Of a stretch of 60,566 nt of DNA, positions 11,621 through 20,046 are shown in pieces. Within the stretch, counting starts at the first letter, position 1; each line of letters opens with the position of its first letter. The notes under the pieces are model-generated. The model worked only from the letters and a program-made list of their open reading frames with translations. It was not told where the DNA came from and searched no databases. Made by a program: the position numbers and the translations under genes. Location of the stretch: contig MNEX01000162.1 of assembly GCA_001917905.1 (NCBI GenBank), positions 1 through 60,566 of the forward strand, read 5' to 3'. This DNA is from Acidobacteria bacterium 13_1_40CM_65_14. GTDB taxonomy: Bacteria; Acidobacteriota; Vicinamibacteria; Vicinamibacterales; CAVVIG01.

Positions 11621-11707
11621 CTCTCCACCACAGAGGACACGGTGGACACGGAGGTAAAGACCCGTACGTTTTGCCCCCCGTGTCCTCCGTGCCCCCCGTG
11701 GTGGAGA
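11621..11707. repeat. A-family hairpin repeat (CTCTCCACCACAGAGGACACGGAGGA ... TCCTCCGTGTCCCCCGTGGTGGAG), copy A1
   Basis: ctctccaccacagaggacacggtggacacggaggtaaagacccgtacgttttgccccccgtgtcctccgtgccccccgtggtggagat. It lies between the asnS stop and the rimO start. Confidence 0.92.
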
Positions 11708-11716
11708 TGTTAGCGC

Positions 11717-13012
11717 TCACGGATACAACCTATACAACATCCGGGGATAGGGGATGGCTTCGCGCAGGTGGTCGAGCTTGCAGATCCACGAGACGACGCG
11801 CTCGATGCCCATGCCGAAGCCGCCGTGCGGCACGGTGCCGTAGCGGCGCAAATCGAGATACCACTCGAAGGCTTCCTGCGGGAGCTTGTGCGCCTTGATC
11901 CGCTCGAGCAGCAGCGCGAGATCGGCGAGACGCTCGCCGCCGCCGATGATTTCCCCGTAGCCTTCGGGCGCGAGCACGTCGACGCCGAGCGCGACGTCGG
12001 ATCGATCCGGATCCGGCTTCATGTAAAACGCTTTCACCGCCGCCGGATAGCGATGCACCATCACCGGGCGATCGTATTGCTCGGACAACATCGTCTCGTC
12101 CGGACCGCCGAAGTCGCCGCCCCACTCGATCGGCAGCCCCCTGGCCTGCAGCGTCTTCACTGCCTCGTCGTACGAGATTCGCGGAAACGGTTTCTGCACC
12201 GACTCGAGCTTCGCGATGTCGCGCTCGAGGACTGTCAACTCCCGTCGTCTTTTTTCGAGGACGCGCGCGACGACCGACACGACGAGATCCTCCGCGAGAT
12301 CCATCACATCGTTCAGATCGGCGTACGCCATCTCCGGCTCGACCATCCAGAACTCAGTCAGGTGACGGCGCGTCTTCGATTTCTCGGCGCGGAACGTCGG
12401 TCCGAAGCAGTACACCTTGCCGAGCGCCATCGCGTTCGCTTCGTTGTAGAGCTGCCCGCTCTGCGTCAGGTACGCGGTCTGTTCCTCGAAGTACTGCGCC
12501 GGAAAGAGCGTCGTCGTGCCTTCGCAGGCGGCGGGCGTGAAGATCGGCGTGTCGGCGAGGATGAAGCCGCGCGCGTTGAAGAAGTCGCGGACGGCGTTGA
12601 TGATCTCGTGGCGTACGCGCAGGATTGCCTGCTGCCGCTCGCTGCGGATCCACAGATGACGCCGGTCGAGCAGGTAGTCGACGCCGTGTTCCTTCGGCGT
12701 GATGGGGTAGTCGTGCGACTCGCCGACGACCTCGAGAGTCTTGACGTCGATTTCGTATCCGCTTGGCGCGCGCTTGTCGGCCCGCGCCGTGCCGGTGACG
12801 ATGACCGACGTTTCCTGCGAGAGATGATCCGCGGCCTTGAACAGATCGTCGCCGACATCGGCCTTCGACATCACGCCCTGGATGAATCCGGTGCCGTCAC
12901 GAAGGATCAGAAAATGGATCTTGCCGCTCGACCGGCGATTGTGCAGCCACCCCTTGATGGTGACTTCTTCGCCTTCGTGCTGGCCAATGTCCTCTATGTA
13001 GACGTGAGCCAT
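11717..13012 (-). CDS. asnS: asparagine--tRNA ligase
   Basis: [45 protein letters not shown].., class II motifs ([31 protein letters not shown]) and the typical C-terminal PRMLYRLYP. The track ORF's 43-aa N-terminal extension is rejected. Confidence 0.93.
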   Translation of the reverse strand: MAHVYIEDIGQHEGEEVTIKGWLHNRRSSGKIHFLILRDGTGFIQGVMSKADVGDDLFKAADHLSQETSVIVTGTARADKRAPSGYEIDVKTLEVVGESHDYPITPKEHGVDYLLDRRHLWIRSERQQAILRVRHEIINAVRDFFNARGFILADTPIFTPAACEGTTTLFPAQYFEEQTAYLTQSGQLYNEANAMALGKVYCFGPTFRAEKSKTRRHLTEFWMVEPEMAYADLNDVMDLAEDLVVSVVARVLEKRRRELTVLERDIAKLESVQKPFPRISYDEAVKTLQARGLPIEWGGDFGGPDETMLSEQYDRPVMVHRYPAAVKAFYMKPDPDRSDVALGVDVLAPEGYGEIIGGGERLADLALLLERIKAHKLPQEAFEWYLDLRRYGTVPHGGFGMGIERVVSWICKLDHLREAIPYPRMLYRLYP

Positions 13013-13719
13013 CGTTCCATCTTCTCCCGCGCGGTCTTCGCCCGTGCGAGCGTCTCCTTCGCGGAGCCACGCGCGTCGACATCGAAGATGAGCGGGCCTT
13101 CGTAGCCGATCTTCTGCACCGTGGTCAGCGCCGAGGCCCAATCGATCGGGCTCTCCAGCGGCACCCGTACCGCGATCAAGTGTTCCGCGACCGTCTCGAT
13201 CGCGTCGATCAAATCGCCGCGGCGCTGCTCGCGCGCGAAATCGAGTCCGATTCCGACGCCGGCCTCGAGATCTTCTTCGACGAAGTGCACCAGCGATCCG
13301 GGCGGCGACCCGTCATCCGGCGCCGCTTCCACCGCAATCGTCACGCCGAGCGGCTTGGCCAGCTCCGCGAGGCGTTCGACACCTCGCCGCGCGGCGTCGC
13401 GCGTGCCCTCCGCGTGCGTCACGAACACCTTCACCGGGATCCGGCGCGCGATGAACAGCGCGTGCTCTGCGTCATCAGGCGTCTCCGCACCGGCGGGCGC
13501 GTGCACGCTGTGCAGCTCGAGACCCGCCTCGGCCAGCCACTGCTGCAGATCGGCCACCACCGCGGGGTTGTGATACTCGACGTGCGTGGGCGCCGCGAAC
13601 AGCTCAACCGTCTCGAAGCCGTGTGCGGCGATCTCGAGCAGGTGCTCTCGGGACAGGCGCTGATGGTGGTAGAGGCGCGTCGACACACCGAACAGTCGTG
13701 TTGCCACAAGACGAACCAT
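12994..13719 (-). CDS. sugar phosphate isomerase/epimerase (xylose-isomerase-like TIM barrel)
   Basis: 241 aa, ..[35 protein letters not shown].. matches the family pattern as I remember it. Confidence 0.7.
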   Translation of the reverse strand: MVRLVATRLFGVSTRLYHHQRLSREHLLEIAAHGFETVELFAAPTHVEYHNPAVVADLQQWLAEAGLELHSVHAPAGAETPDDAEHALFIARRIPVKVFVTHAEGTRDAARRGVERLAELAKPLGVTIAVEAAPDDGSPPGSLVHFVEEDLEAGVGIGLDFAREQRRGDLIDAIETVAEHLIAVRVPLESPIDWASALTTVQKIGYEGPLIFDVDARGSAKETLARAKTAREKMERWLTST

Positions 13720-13737
13720 TCATTTTACCGCACGAAC

Positions 13738-13822
13738 CTCTCCACCACAGAGGACACGGGACACGGAGGAAAAGCCATGTACGGTTTGACCTCTGCGTCC
13801 TCCGTGTCCCCGGTGGCGGCGA
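13738..13822. repeat. A-family hairpin repeat, copy A2
   Basis: cctctccaccacagaggacacgggacacggaggaaaagccatgtacggtttgacctctgcgtcctccgtgtccccggtggcggcgag. It ends 3 nt before the amgK-like stop codon. Confidence 0.9.
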
Positions 13823-13824
13823 GC

Positions 13825-14865
13825 TTACTGGAGCTCTTCGATGTGCGAGGCGAGCAGATCGTGGAGGCGCGCGAAGCGCGAGTACTTCTCGAGGTTGGAG
13901 CGCGCGTAGCGCAGCGTGCGCGGCATGTACTGAATGTAGACCGGGTTCGCGCGCGTCATGGTCTGGTAGCCGAACGTCCCGAGCGCCTTCAGGTTGCGCT
14001 GCAGCGCCATGAGATCGAATCGGCGCCGGAACTGGTCGGCGCCCCCGTCGGGCGTGCAGCGCGTCAGCGCGAGAAAGTACGCGACGAGCTCGTCGAGCTC
14101 GCGATCGGTGATGTCCACGTACGAGTCGCGCAGCAGCGACACCAGATCGTAGGTGTCCGGTCCCATCCGCGCGTCCTGGAAGTCGATGATGTACAGGCTG
14201 CCATCGCTGAGCATCAGGTTGCGACTGTGATAATCACGGTGGCACAGCACCCGCGGCTCGGTCGCGAGCTCCCGGACGATCGACGCCCATTCATCCGCCA
14301 ACGTGGATCGTTCGGCGGGCGAGAGCGTGACGCCGCGATAGCCGCCGACGAAGTGCTTGGTGAAGAACTCGAGCTCCCACGTGAGCTTGTCGACGTCGAA
14401 TGCACTCTTGTACGGCAGGTAGCGATCCGATTCCAGTTCCTCGCCGCGCCGCTGCAGCAACTCGATGAGCGTGACCGCCTGGCGATACAGCGCCGCATGT
14501 TCGGTTGCCGAGGAGGCTCCCAGGTGAGCCTGCAGCGTGACGTCGCCGAGATCCTGGAGCGCCAGAATGCCGAGCGCATCGGAGTGTCCGAGCACGGCAG
14601 GCACGGGCAGCCCGATTCGCTGCATCAGCTCCGCGACGTTCGCGAAGGGAAGATCGGCGAAGGTGATCGACCCGGCGTGCAGCGCCAGGACGATTGACGG
14701 TTCCTCGTCTGGAATGATCCGGAAGTATTTGCGATCGGATGCGTCGCCGGTCAGCGGCACGACGCGCGCGTGCCGCTCGGCGAGCCCGCTCTCGTGCAGA
14801 TAGCGATCGATCCGATCGCGCACGTCGAGGCGTTGACTCGCGGCGGCCGTCCGCTCAGTCAACAT
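13825..14865 (-). CDS. amgK: aminoglycoside-phosphotransferase-fold kinase, AmgK-like (N-acetylmuramate/GlcNAc anomeric kinase)
   Basis: APH-fold motifs HRDYHSRNLM and IIDFQDA are present, and it lies next to a MurU-like nucleotidyltransferase. The specific substrate is inferred from that pairing. Confidence 0.7.
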   Translation of the reverse strand: MLTERTAAASQRLDVRDRIDRYLHESGLAERHARVVPLTGDASDRKYFRIIPDEEPSIVLALHAGSITFADLPFANVAELMQRIGLPVPAVLGHSDALGILALQDLGDVTLQAHLGASSATEHAALYRQAVTLIELLQRRGEELESDRYLPYKSAFDVDKLTWELEFFTKHFVGGYRGVTLSPAERSTLADEWASIVRELATEPRVLCHRDYHSRNLMLSDGSLYIIDFQDARMGPDTYDLVSLLRDSYVDITDRELDELVAYFLALTRCTPDGGADQFRRRFDLMALQRNLKALGTFGYQTMTRANPVYIQYMPRTLRYARSNLEKYSRFARLHDLLASHIEELQ

Positions 14866-15040
14866 TCTGCCGCGAATCCGGCCCCAGCGCCTGCCACCGC
14901 TCGCTCGTTCGCTCGCGGCGTTGACTCGCGGCGGCCGTCCGCTCAGTCAACATTCTGCCGCGGATCCGGCCCCAGCGCCTGCCACCGCTCGCTCTTCGCT
15001 CGCGGCGTTGACTCGCGGCGGCTGTCCGCTCAGTCGACTC
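14832..15040. repeat. 87-88-bp tandem direct repeat, about 2.4 copies, spanning the murU-like 3' end, the spacer and the amgK-like 5' end
   Basis: Copies start with gttgactcgcggcggc at 14832, 14920 and 15007. Copies 1 and 2 are near-identical. Each unit begins with the palindrome gttgactcgcggcggccgtccgctcagtcaac. Confidence 0.93.
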
Positions 15041-16040
15041 TCAGTGGCGATCCGTCGTCGCCTTGACTGATGACGCAGCGACTGTGTGTTGCCCCGGCGG
15101 CGACCGTGGCGCCATCGGTCACGATGCACTCCTCAATCACCGCGTCCGCGCCAACCTCCACATCGTCCCACAGAATCGAGTCGACGATGCGGGCCGACGG
15201 GTGAATGCGGGAACGCAACCCTACAGTTGAGCCGGCGCGGTCTTCTCGCGTCGCGAATGCATGAGATGTGCGCCGGTAATCCTCGGTCGTGCCGACGTCG
15301 AAGAACTCCGCGCGACAGACCACTCCGCGAACCGAGCCTGGACTTGCCGCGATGAGCGCGTCGTACACGCCGCCGATGGAGCTTGCCGGCTCGCCCGGCG
15401 TCAGCGGAGCGAACACCGATGCGTGCGCGACCTGCACGCCGATGAAGTGATACGAGCCTTTCGCAGACGGACCACGTCGCACGAAGCCCGTGACTCGTCG
15501 CTCGTCGTCCAGCATCACGCCGCCGTACCGCTCGAATTCTTCGTTGGGCACGAGCGCGAGCGTGACGAGCGCGCCCGAATCGGCATGCGTCCGGCCAATC
15601 GCCGTGAGATCGACGTCGGTCAGCGTGTCGCCGTTGATGATGAAAAACGTGTCGGTCGCAACGAGCGGCAGCGCGAGTCGAGGACCGCCGGCGGTTCCGA
15701 GCACGCGCGGTTGTTCCCACGAGTAGCGCACGCGCGCCGCGAGATCGCTGCCGTCGCCGACGACGGCCGTCAGCGTTTCAGGAAGGTGGTGCACGTTGAG
15801 AACGAGGTCGGTGACGCCGCGCGAGACGAGCCAGCGAATGATCCGCCGAATCATCGGCTGCCCGGCGACCGGGATCGCCGGTTTCGCGCGGACGTCGGTC
15901 AGCGGCCGGAGCCGTGTGCCGAGGCCGGCCGTGAGCACGAGCGCGTGATCGATCGGCGCCAGCTTAGACTCCGATTGGACGGCCGCGGACGTGCAACACG
16001 CGCCGCAAGAATTCGTACATCGTGAAACATTCGAACGCAA
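15030..16040 (-). CDS. murU: nucleotidyltransferase, MurU-like (sugar-1-phosphate uridylyl/nucleotidyl transferase) with a C-terminal left-handed beta-helix region
   Basis: LTAGLGTRLRPLT signature, ..INGDTLTDVDL.., and a hexapeptide-like C-terminus. The start is uncertain, because ATG 16040 overlaps the upstream gene by 77 nt. Confidence 0.7.
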   Translation of the reverse strand: MRSNVSRCTNSCGACCTSAAVQSESKLAPIDHALVLTAGLGTRLRPLTDVRAKPAIPVAGQPMIRRIIRWLVSRGVTDLVLNVHHLPETLTAVVGDGSDLAARVRYSWEQPRVLGTAGGPRLALPLVATDTFFIINGDTLTDVDLTAIGRTHADSGALVTLALVPNEEFERYGGVMLDDERRVTGFVRRGPSAKGSYHFIGVQVAHASVFAPLTPGEPASSIGGVYDALIAASPGSVRGVVCRAEFFDVGTTEDYRRTSHAFATREDRAGSTVGLRSRIHPSARIVDSILWDDVEVGADAVIEECIVTDGATVAAGATHSRCVISQGDDGSPLRVD

Positions 16041-16814
16041 ACGTGGGAAAGCCGAGATAGCCGGGAACGGGCATCTCGAAGACCTTCAGGTGTTCCATGA
16101 TCGGCACGCTGTAATGCCACTTCGCGTGCGCCCAGTAGTTCCAGAATTCCCATAGCAGGCCGCAGAGCACACCGCTCAGCGCGAGATTGATCGTGCGGTC
16201 GAATCGGCCAGCGCGCCACTCGGCGAGCAGCGACTCCCCACCGAGCCGCGCGTTGATCGGATCGAGCAGGAAGATGAACCCGAGCCAGACGGGCGCCGCC
16301 ATGTAGCGCGCAGCCTGTGGCGAGACGAGAATGGATGGGCCGGATCGGCAAGACCATCGTGCCCATCCCGACCCTCCCATCCCGCCTGTCCCGCCTGTCC
16401 TGCCTGTCCCGCCCCTCCTGCCTGTCCCGCCCGTCCTGCCCTGAGGACCGCGAACAATTCCGCGCCTTCGAAGATCGCCGGTGAGATTGTTGCGAACGAC
16501 CACGCGTAGCCGAAATGCCGGAGCCAGAAGTTCTCGGGCAATCCCGTGTAGTGCCAGTTCCGTATATAGAGGTTGAACCACTCGAACACGAGCCACAGCG
16601 GAATCGACGCGAGCGCGAGCAGCGCGAACTCGCCTGGTGCGGATCGAATCCACGAGTCGCCGCGCGCACGATAGACGATCGAATCGGCGAAGATGATGAA
16701 CCCGGTCCACGCAATCGGCGTGTTCCACGACCAGAACGGCTCGATGTGGAGCAGCGTGGCCGTCTCGGAGACGACCATGATCGCCAAGCCGATCCATGGG
16801 AGAAACCTCTCCAC
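15964..16814 (-). pseudogene. multi-pass membrane protein of unknown family with internal two-fold duplication; frame changes inside a repeat insertion
   Basis: The N-half (frame of track ORF 16176..16913) reads ..PLWLVFEWFNLYIRNWHYTGLPENFW..ISPAIFEGAELFAVLR. The C-half (frame of 15964..16797) reads ..MAAPVWLGFIFLLDPINARL..GLLWEFWNYWAHAKWHYSVP... The two halves resemble each other and are joined through the 9-mer array at 16363-16443 in different frames. Confidence 0.6.
16363..16443. repeat. 9-nt tandem repeat (CCCGCCTGT-like)n, about 9 units
   Basis: cccgcctgtcccgcctgtcctgcctgtcccgcccctcctgcctgtcccgcccgtcctgccc. On the coding strand it reads as collagen-like GQAGRAGQAGGAGQAGQAG. Confidence 0.9.
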
Positions 16815-16821
16815 GATTGAA

Positions 16822-16901
16822 CTCTCCACCACAGAGGACACGGAGGAAGAATCTCGTACGTTTTTCCCCGCGTGTCCTTCGTGGCCCCCGTGGTGATGAG
16901 G
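16822..16901. repeat. A-family hairpin repeat, copy A3
   Basis: ctctccaccacagaggacacggaggaagaatctcgtacgtttttccccgcgtgtccttcgtggcccccgtggtgatgagg. Its loop shares CGTACGTTTT with A1 and A2. Confidence 0.9.
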
Positions 16902-16909
16902 TTCAATGT

Positions 16910-18379
16910 TCATGTAACCCGCATCTTGTACGAGCAGCCACGGAGCGCCGGCGTGCCGACGCCTTTGCCGAAGATCAGAATCTTGTGTGTGCTCCCAAGA
17001 CCCCCAGGCATGATCAGCGTCTTGAGATTGCGGATTGCGGATTGCGGATTGGGGGTTGATTGCGGATTGCGGATTTCAGGGAACAGACCCATCAAAAAGT
17101 ACGTCTGGTCCAGGAATCCGAGCGTCTGCAATCCTTCTTCCTCCGCCGCTTGGCGCACGCTCGTGAAGTCGACGTGCGCGGTGATGTCCTGCTCTCCGGG
17201 CGACTGCAGCCAAGGCGGTGCCGCTGCAGATGATTTTCTATCGCTCGTGGGGCCCCACCCCCACTCGGGCACCCCAGCGCGCACAGACCGCGCGCCGGGG
17301 ACCCCGCCGCTGCGGCTCGACTCGCGACGCTCGCTCGCCGCGGCCGCAGGCGCTTCCGGTCCCGCGCTGCGATGGCCGCTGTAGCTCGTGAGCGTTCCGG
17401 CTGCGTGCGTCGGCGAGTACAGCTCGCGCGCTTCGTGACCGTAGTCAATCAGGATGATGAACCCGCGCCGCAGACGCCGGGCCGCGTCGCGGATCCACTC
17501 GACGGCGCGAAGATTGATCTCCACGCGCCACCCTGCTTCGAGCTCGATACCGAGGCGCGCCAGATATTCCGCAAGCTTTGGCGTGGACGGGGGCCCTTCG
17601 ATTACGGTGAGGCCATCATCATTCTTGACATCTCGCGGGGCCCCACCCTCTCGCACCGCGCCGGGGCCCCACCCCCGGCGCTGTTGCTCGGCGCCAGCGC
17701 CTCGCAACGGCTCAAGGCTGTCGCTCGCCGACGCCCTCGCGCCGTGGCGCTCGGGCGTATCCAGAACAGAGCGTCGCTGACTGATGACGTACGTCTCGCG
17801 CAGGCCCTCTTCACGCATCACCACCTGATGCACGGGCAATGCGTCGAGGAGCTCGTTGGCGATGACCACACCGTCGAACGAACAGGGGAATGACGCGTCG
17901 GAAGAGGCGAGTCGTTCGGCGACATCGGCGAGCGTCGCCCGCTGCGCCGCACGCGCCCCGGCGCTGGCTTCGACGAGATGGAGCTGGATGGTGTCGTAGA
18001 ACGCGCGATCGCGTTCCCGCGCGGCGCGGAGGATGTCGGCGCTGAGCCGGCCGTTGCCGGCGCCGGCCTCGACTAGGTCGAATGCAACCGCGGAGCGCGC
18101 AGAGCGCGCTGAGTTGTGATGGATTCTCTCGGCGTTCTCAGCGACCTCTGCGGTTGCTTGGAGGATGCTCGCGATCTCGGCGAGCTGGATTTCGAGGAGC
18201 TCGCCGAACAGCGGACCGACATCGACGCTGGTAAAAAAATCGCCCGCGCGGCCAGATCGCTGGTCCGCGCGGGCGTAGTAGCCGAGCTCGGGATGGTAGA
18301 GCGCGAGGTCCATGAACGCAGCCACGGTCATCGGGCCGCGTTCACGAATCAAATCTGCAATCTGCAATCCAATCTGCAA
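16910..18379 (-). CDS. MidA-like (DUF185) SAM-dependent methyltransferase carrying several repeat-encoded insertions
   Basis: ..LIRERGPMTVAAFMDLALYHPELGYYA.., FFTSVDVGPLFGELL, LVEAGAGNGRLSADIL and GFIILIDYGH are present. At 489 aa it is about 100 aa longer than I remember for this family. The start is a TTG inside a heptamer array. Confidence 0.8.
   Translation of the reverse strand: MQIGLQIADLIRERGPMTVAAFMDLALYHPELGYYARADQRSGRAGDFFTSVDVGPLFGELLEIQLAEIASILQATAEVAENAERIHHNSARSARSAVAFDLVEAGAGNGRLSADILRAARERDRAFYDTIQLHLVEASAGARAAQRATLADVAERLASSDASFPCSFDGVVIANELLDALPVHQVVMREEGLRETYVISQRRSVLDTPERHGARASASDSLEPLRGAGAEQQRRGWGPGAVREGGAPRDVKNDDGLTVIEGPPSTPKLAEYLARLGIELEAGWRVEINLRAVEWIRDAARRLRRGFIILIDYGHEARELYSPTHAAGTLTSYSGHRSAGPEAPAAAASERRESSRSGGVPGARSVRAGVPEWGWGPTSDRKSSAAAPPWLQSPGEQDITAHVDFTSVRQAAEEEGLQTLGFLDQTYFLMGLFPEIRNPQSTPNPQSAIRNLKTLIMPGGLGSTHKILIFGKGVGTPALRGCSYKMRVT
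17036..17086. repeat. 7-nt tandem repeat (GATTGCG)n inside the 3' part of the MidA-like gene
   Basis: gattgcggattgcggattgcggattgggggttgattgcggattgcggattt. It encodes ..EIRNPQSTPNPQSAIRN.. in frame. Confidence 0.92.
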
Positions 18380-18403
18380 TCTGAAATCTGCAATCTGAAA
18401 TCT
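18347..18403. repeat. 7-nt tandem repeat (AATCTGC)n over the 5' end of the MidA-like gene
   Basis: aatcaaatctgcaatctgcaatccaatctgcaatctgaaatctgcaatctgaaatct. The unit is the reverse complement of the 17036-17086 unit apart from one purine (GCAGATT versus GCGGATT). Confidence 0.92.
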
Positions 18404-18404
18404 C

Positions 18405-19982
18405 CTATTCCTTCTTCACCGGGACGAAGATCTCCTGCTCGCCGCGCCACACACGGAGCTGCGCGAGATGGTTCGTCTGCACGCGATCGAGCTCGCGCTT
18501 CGCGTCCGCGGCGCTCGACACGGCCCGGCCGTTCACCGACAGGATGACGTCAGTCTGCCGCAGCGCGCCCGCCGCCGGACCATCCGGATCCACGTCCGTG
18601 ATGACCGCGCCCGTCTGACCGGACGGCATGCGCAGCCGCCGTGCCATGCTCGGCGTCACGTTGTCGAGCGTCAAGCCGAACCCGGTCGGCTCGTGCTGGT
18701 CCGTCTGGTTGTCGCCGCGATCGTTGTTGCCGCGTCCGCCGCGCGTCTGCTGCTGCTCCGCCTCGAGATCCAGTTCCTCGACGGTGACATGCATCGTTTT
18801 CTCCTGCCTGTTGCGCAGGATCTTGATCGGCACCGAGGTGCCCGGCTTGGTCGCGATCACCATCTTCACGAGCTCGTCCTGGGTCGCAATGGGCCGCCCG
18901 TTGTACTCGGTGATGACGTCGCCCGGCTCGATGCCCGCCTTCGCTGCCGGCCCGCCGGCCGGCACCTGAGCGACGAGCGCGCCTTTGCGATCCTTCAGTC
19001 CGAAGTCTTCGAACGCCTCACGCGGGACCGGCAGCACCGAGACGCCAATTCGCCCGCGTGTGATCTTGCCGACCCGCAACTGCGGCAGCAGCTCGCGAAC
19101 GGTGTTGATCGGCACGGCGAAGCCGATCCCGATGTTCCCCTCGCTGCGGGCGTTCGTGATGATGGCGGTGTTCATGCCGATCACTTCACCGCGGACATTG
19201 AGCAGCGGACCGCCGGAGTTGCCCGGGTTGATTGCGGCGTCGGTCTGAATCATGTCGTTGTTGCGATTGGGGACCGTCGTGAACGGCCTGCCGGTTGCGC
19301 TGACGACGCCGACGGTGACGGTGTGCGCGTAGCCGAATGGGTTGCCGATGGCCATCACCCAGTCGCCCGGCGCAATCTGCGACGAGTCCCCGAACTTCGC
19401 TTCGGGCAGCGCGCCTTTCGGTTTGTCGACGAGCTCGATCAGCGCGCTGTCGGTGAGCTGGTCGTGTCCGATCAATTTCGCGCTGTAAGGGGTGTCGTCA
19501 TCGCCGTAGAGGAACACCTCGATCTTGGTCGCCTCTTCCACGACGTGGTTGTTCGTGATGATGAACCCGTCCTTGCTGATGATGAAGCCGGTGCCGGCGG
19601 CCTGCGTTTTCGGTTCGCGCGGCTGGCGCCGTCCGCGGCCCTGGGGTTGATCGTCCTGCTGGCCGCCGCCGGGTCCGAAGAAGCGGCGGAACAAATCGTC
19701 CTGCGAGCCGCCGCCGCCGAAGAAATCGGTGAGCTCGTTGGCTTTCGCCTTCATCTCGGTCCGGATGTTGACCACCATCGGCGTCGATGCCTTGGCGATG
19801 TTGCGGAACGTGTCCGCGTTGACCGCCCCCGTGAGCGGCGCGCTGTTCATCGCCGGCACTGCGATCGTCTGGGCCGATGACGCCGGCGCCAGATCGAGAC
19901 GTGACGCGATGACCATGCCGACCGCCAGTGAGGCGACGATGGTCAGCAGGAAGTAGAAAAGCGTGGTCTTGCGGGTTGACAT
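18405..19982 (-). CDS. HtrA/DegP-family periplasmic serine protease with two PDZ domains
   Basis: TM/signal MSTRKTTLFYFLLTIVASLAVG, NNHVV (His), DSALIEL (Asp) and GNSGGPLLN (Ser), followed by two PDZ-like regions. The track start at 20012 adds 10 aa. Confidence 0.92.
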   Translation of the reverse strand: MSTRKTTLFYFLLTIVASLAVGMVIASRLDLAPASSAQTIAVPAMNSAPLTGAVNADTFRNIAKASTPMVVNIRTEMKAKANELTDFFGGGGSQDDLFRRFFGPGGGQQDDQPQGRGRRQPREPKTQAAGTGFIISKDGFIITNNHVVEEATKIEVFLYGDDDTPYSAKLIGHDQLTDSALIELVDKPKGALPEAKFGDSSQIAPGDWVMAIGNPFGYAHTVTVGVVSATGRPFTTVPNRNNDMIQTDAAINPGNSGGPLLNVRGEVIGMNTAIITNARSEGNIGIGFAVPINTVRELLPQLRVGKITRGRIGVSVLPVPREAFEDFGLKDRKGALVAQVPAGGPAAKAGIEPGDVITEYNGRPIATQDELVKMVIATKPGTSVPIKILRNRQEKTMHVTVEELDLEAEQQQTRGGRGNNDRGDNQTDQHEPTGFGLTLDNVTPSMARRLRMPSGQTGAVITDVDPDGPAAGALRQTDVILSVNGRAVSSAADAKRELDRVQTNHLAQLRVWRGEQEIFVPVKKE

Positions 19983-20046
19983 CGTTACGAACCTCCGGCG
20001 GTTCACCGCCACATCAGTCTCACTACCGGGCCCAAAAGGACCCGGC

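Noticed and set aside
11608-11649. Longer rimO start, plus similar track extensions of asnS (13013-13141), the DmpA-like gene (30730-30765) and the acetyltransferase (49209-49559)
   Set aside because: The extensions run into repeats or overlap neighbouring genes and lack family-typical sequence. Internal Met codons give canonical N-termini.
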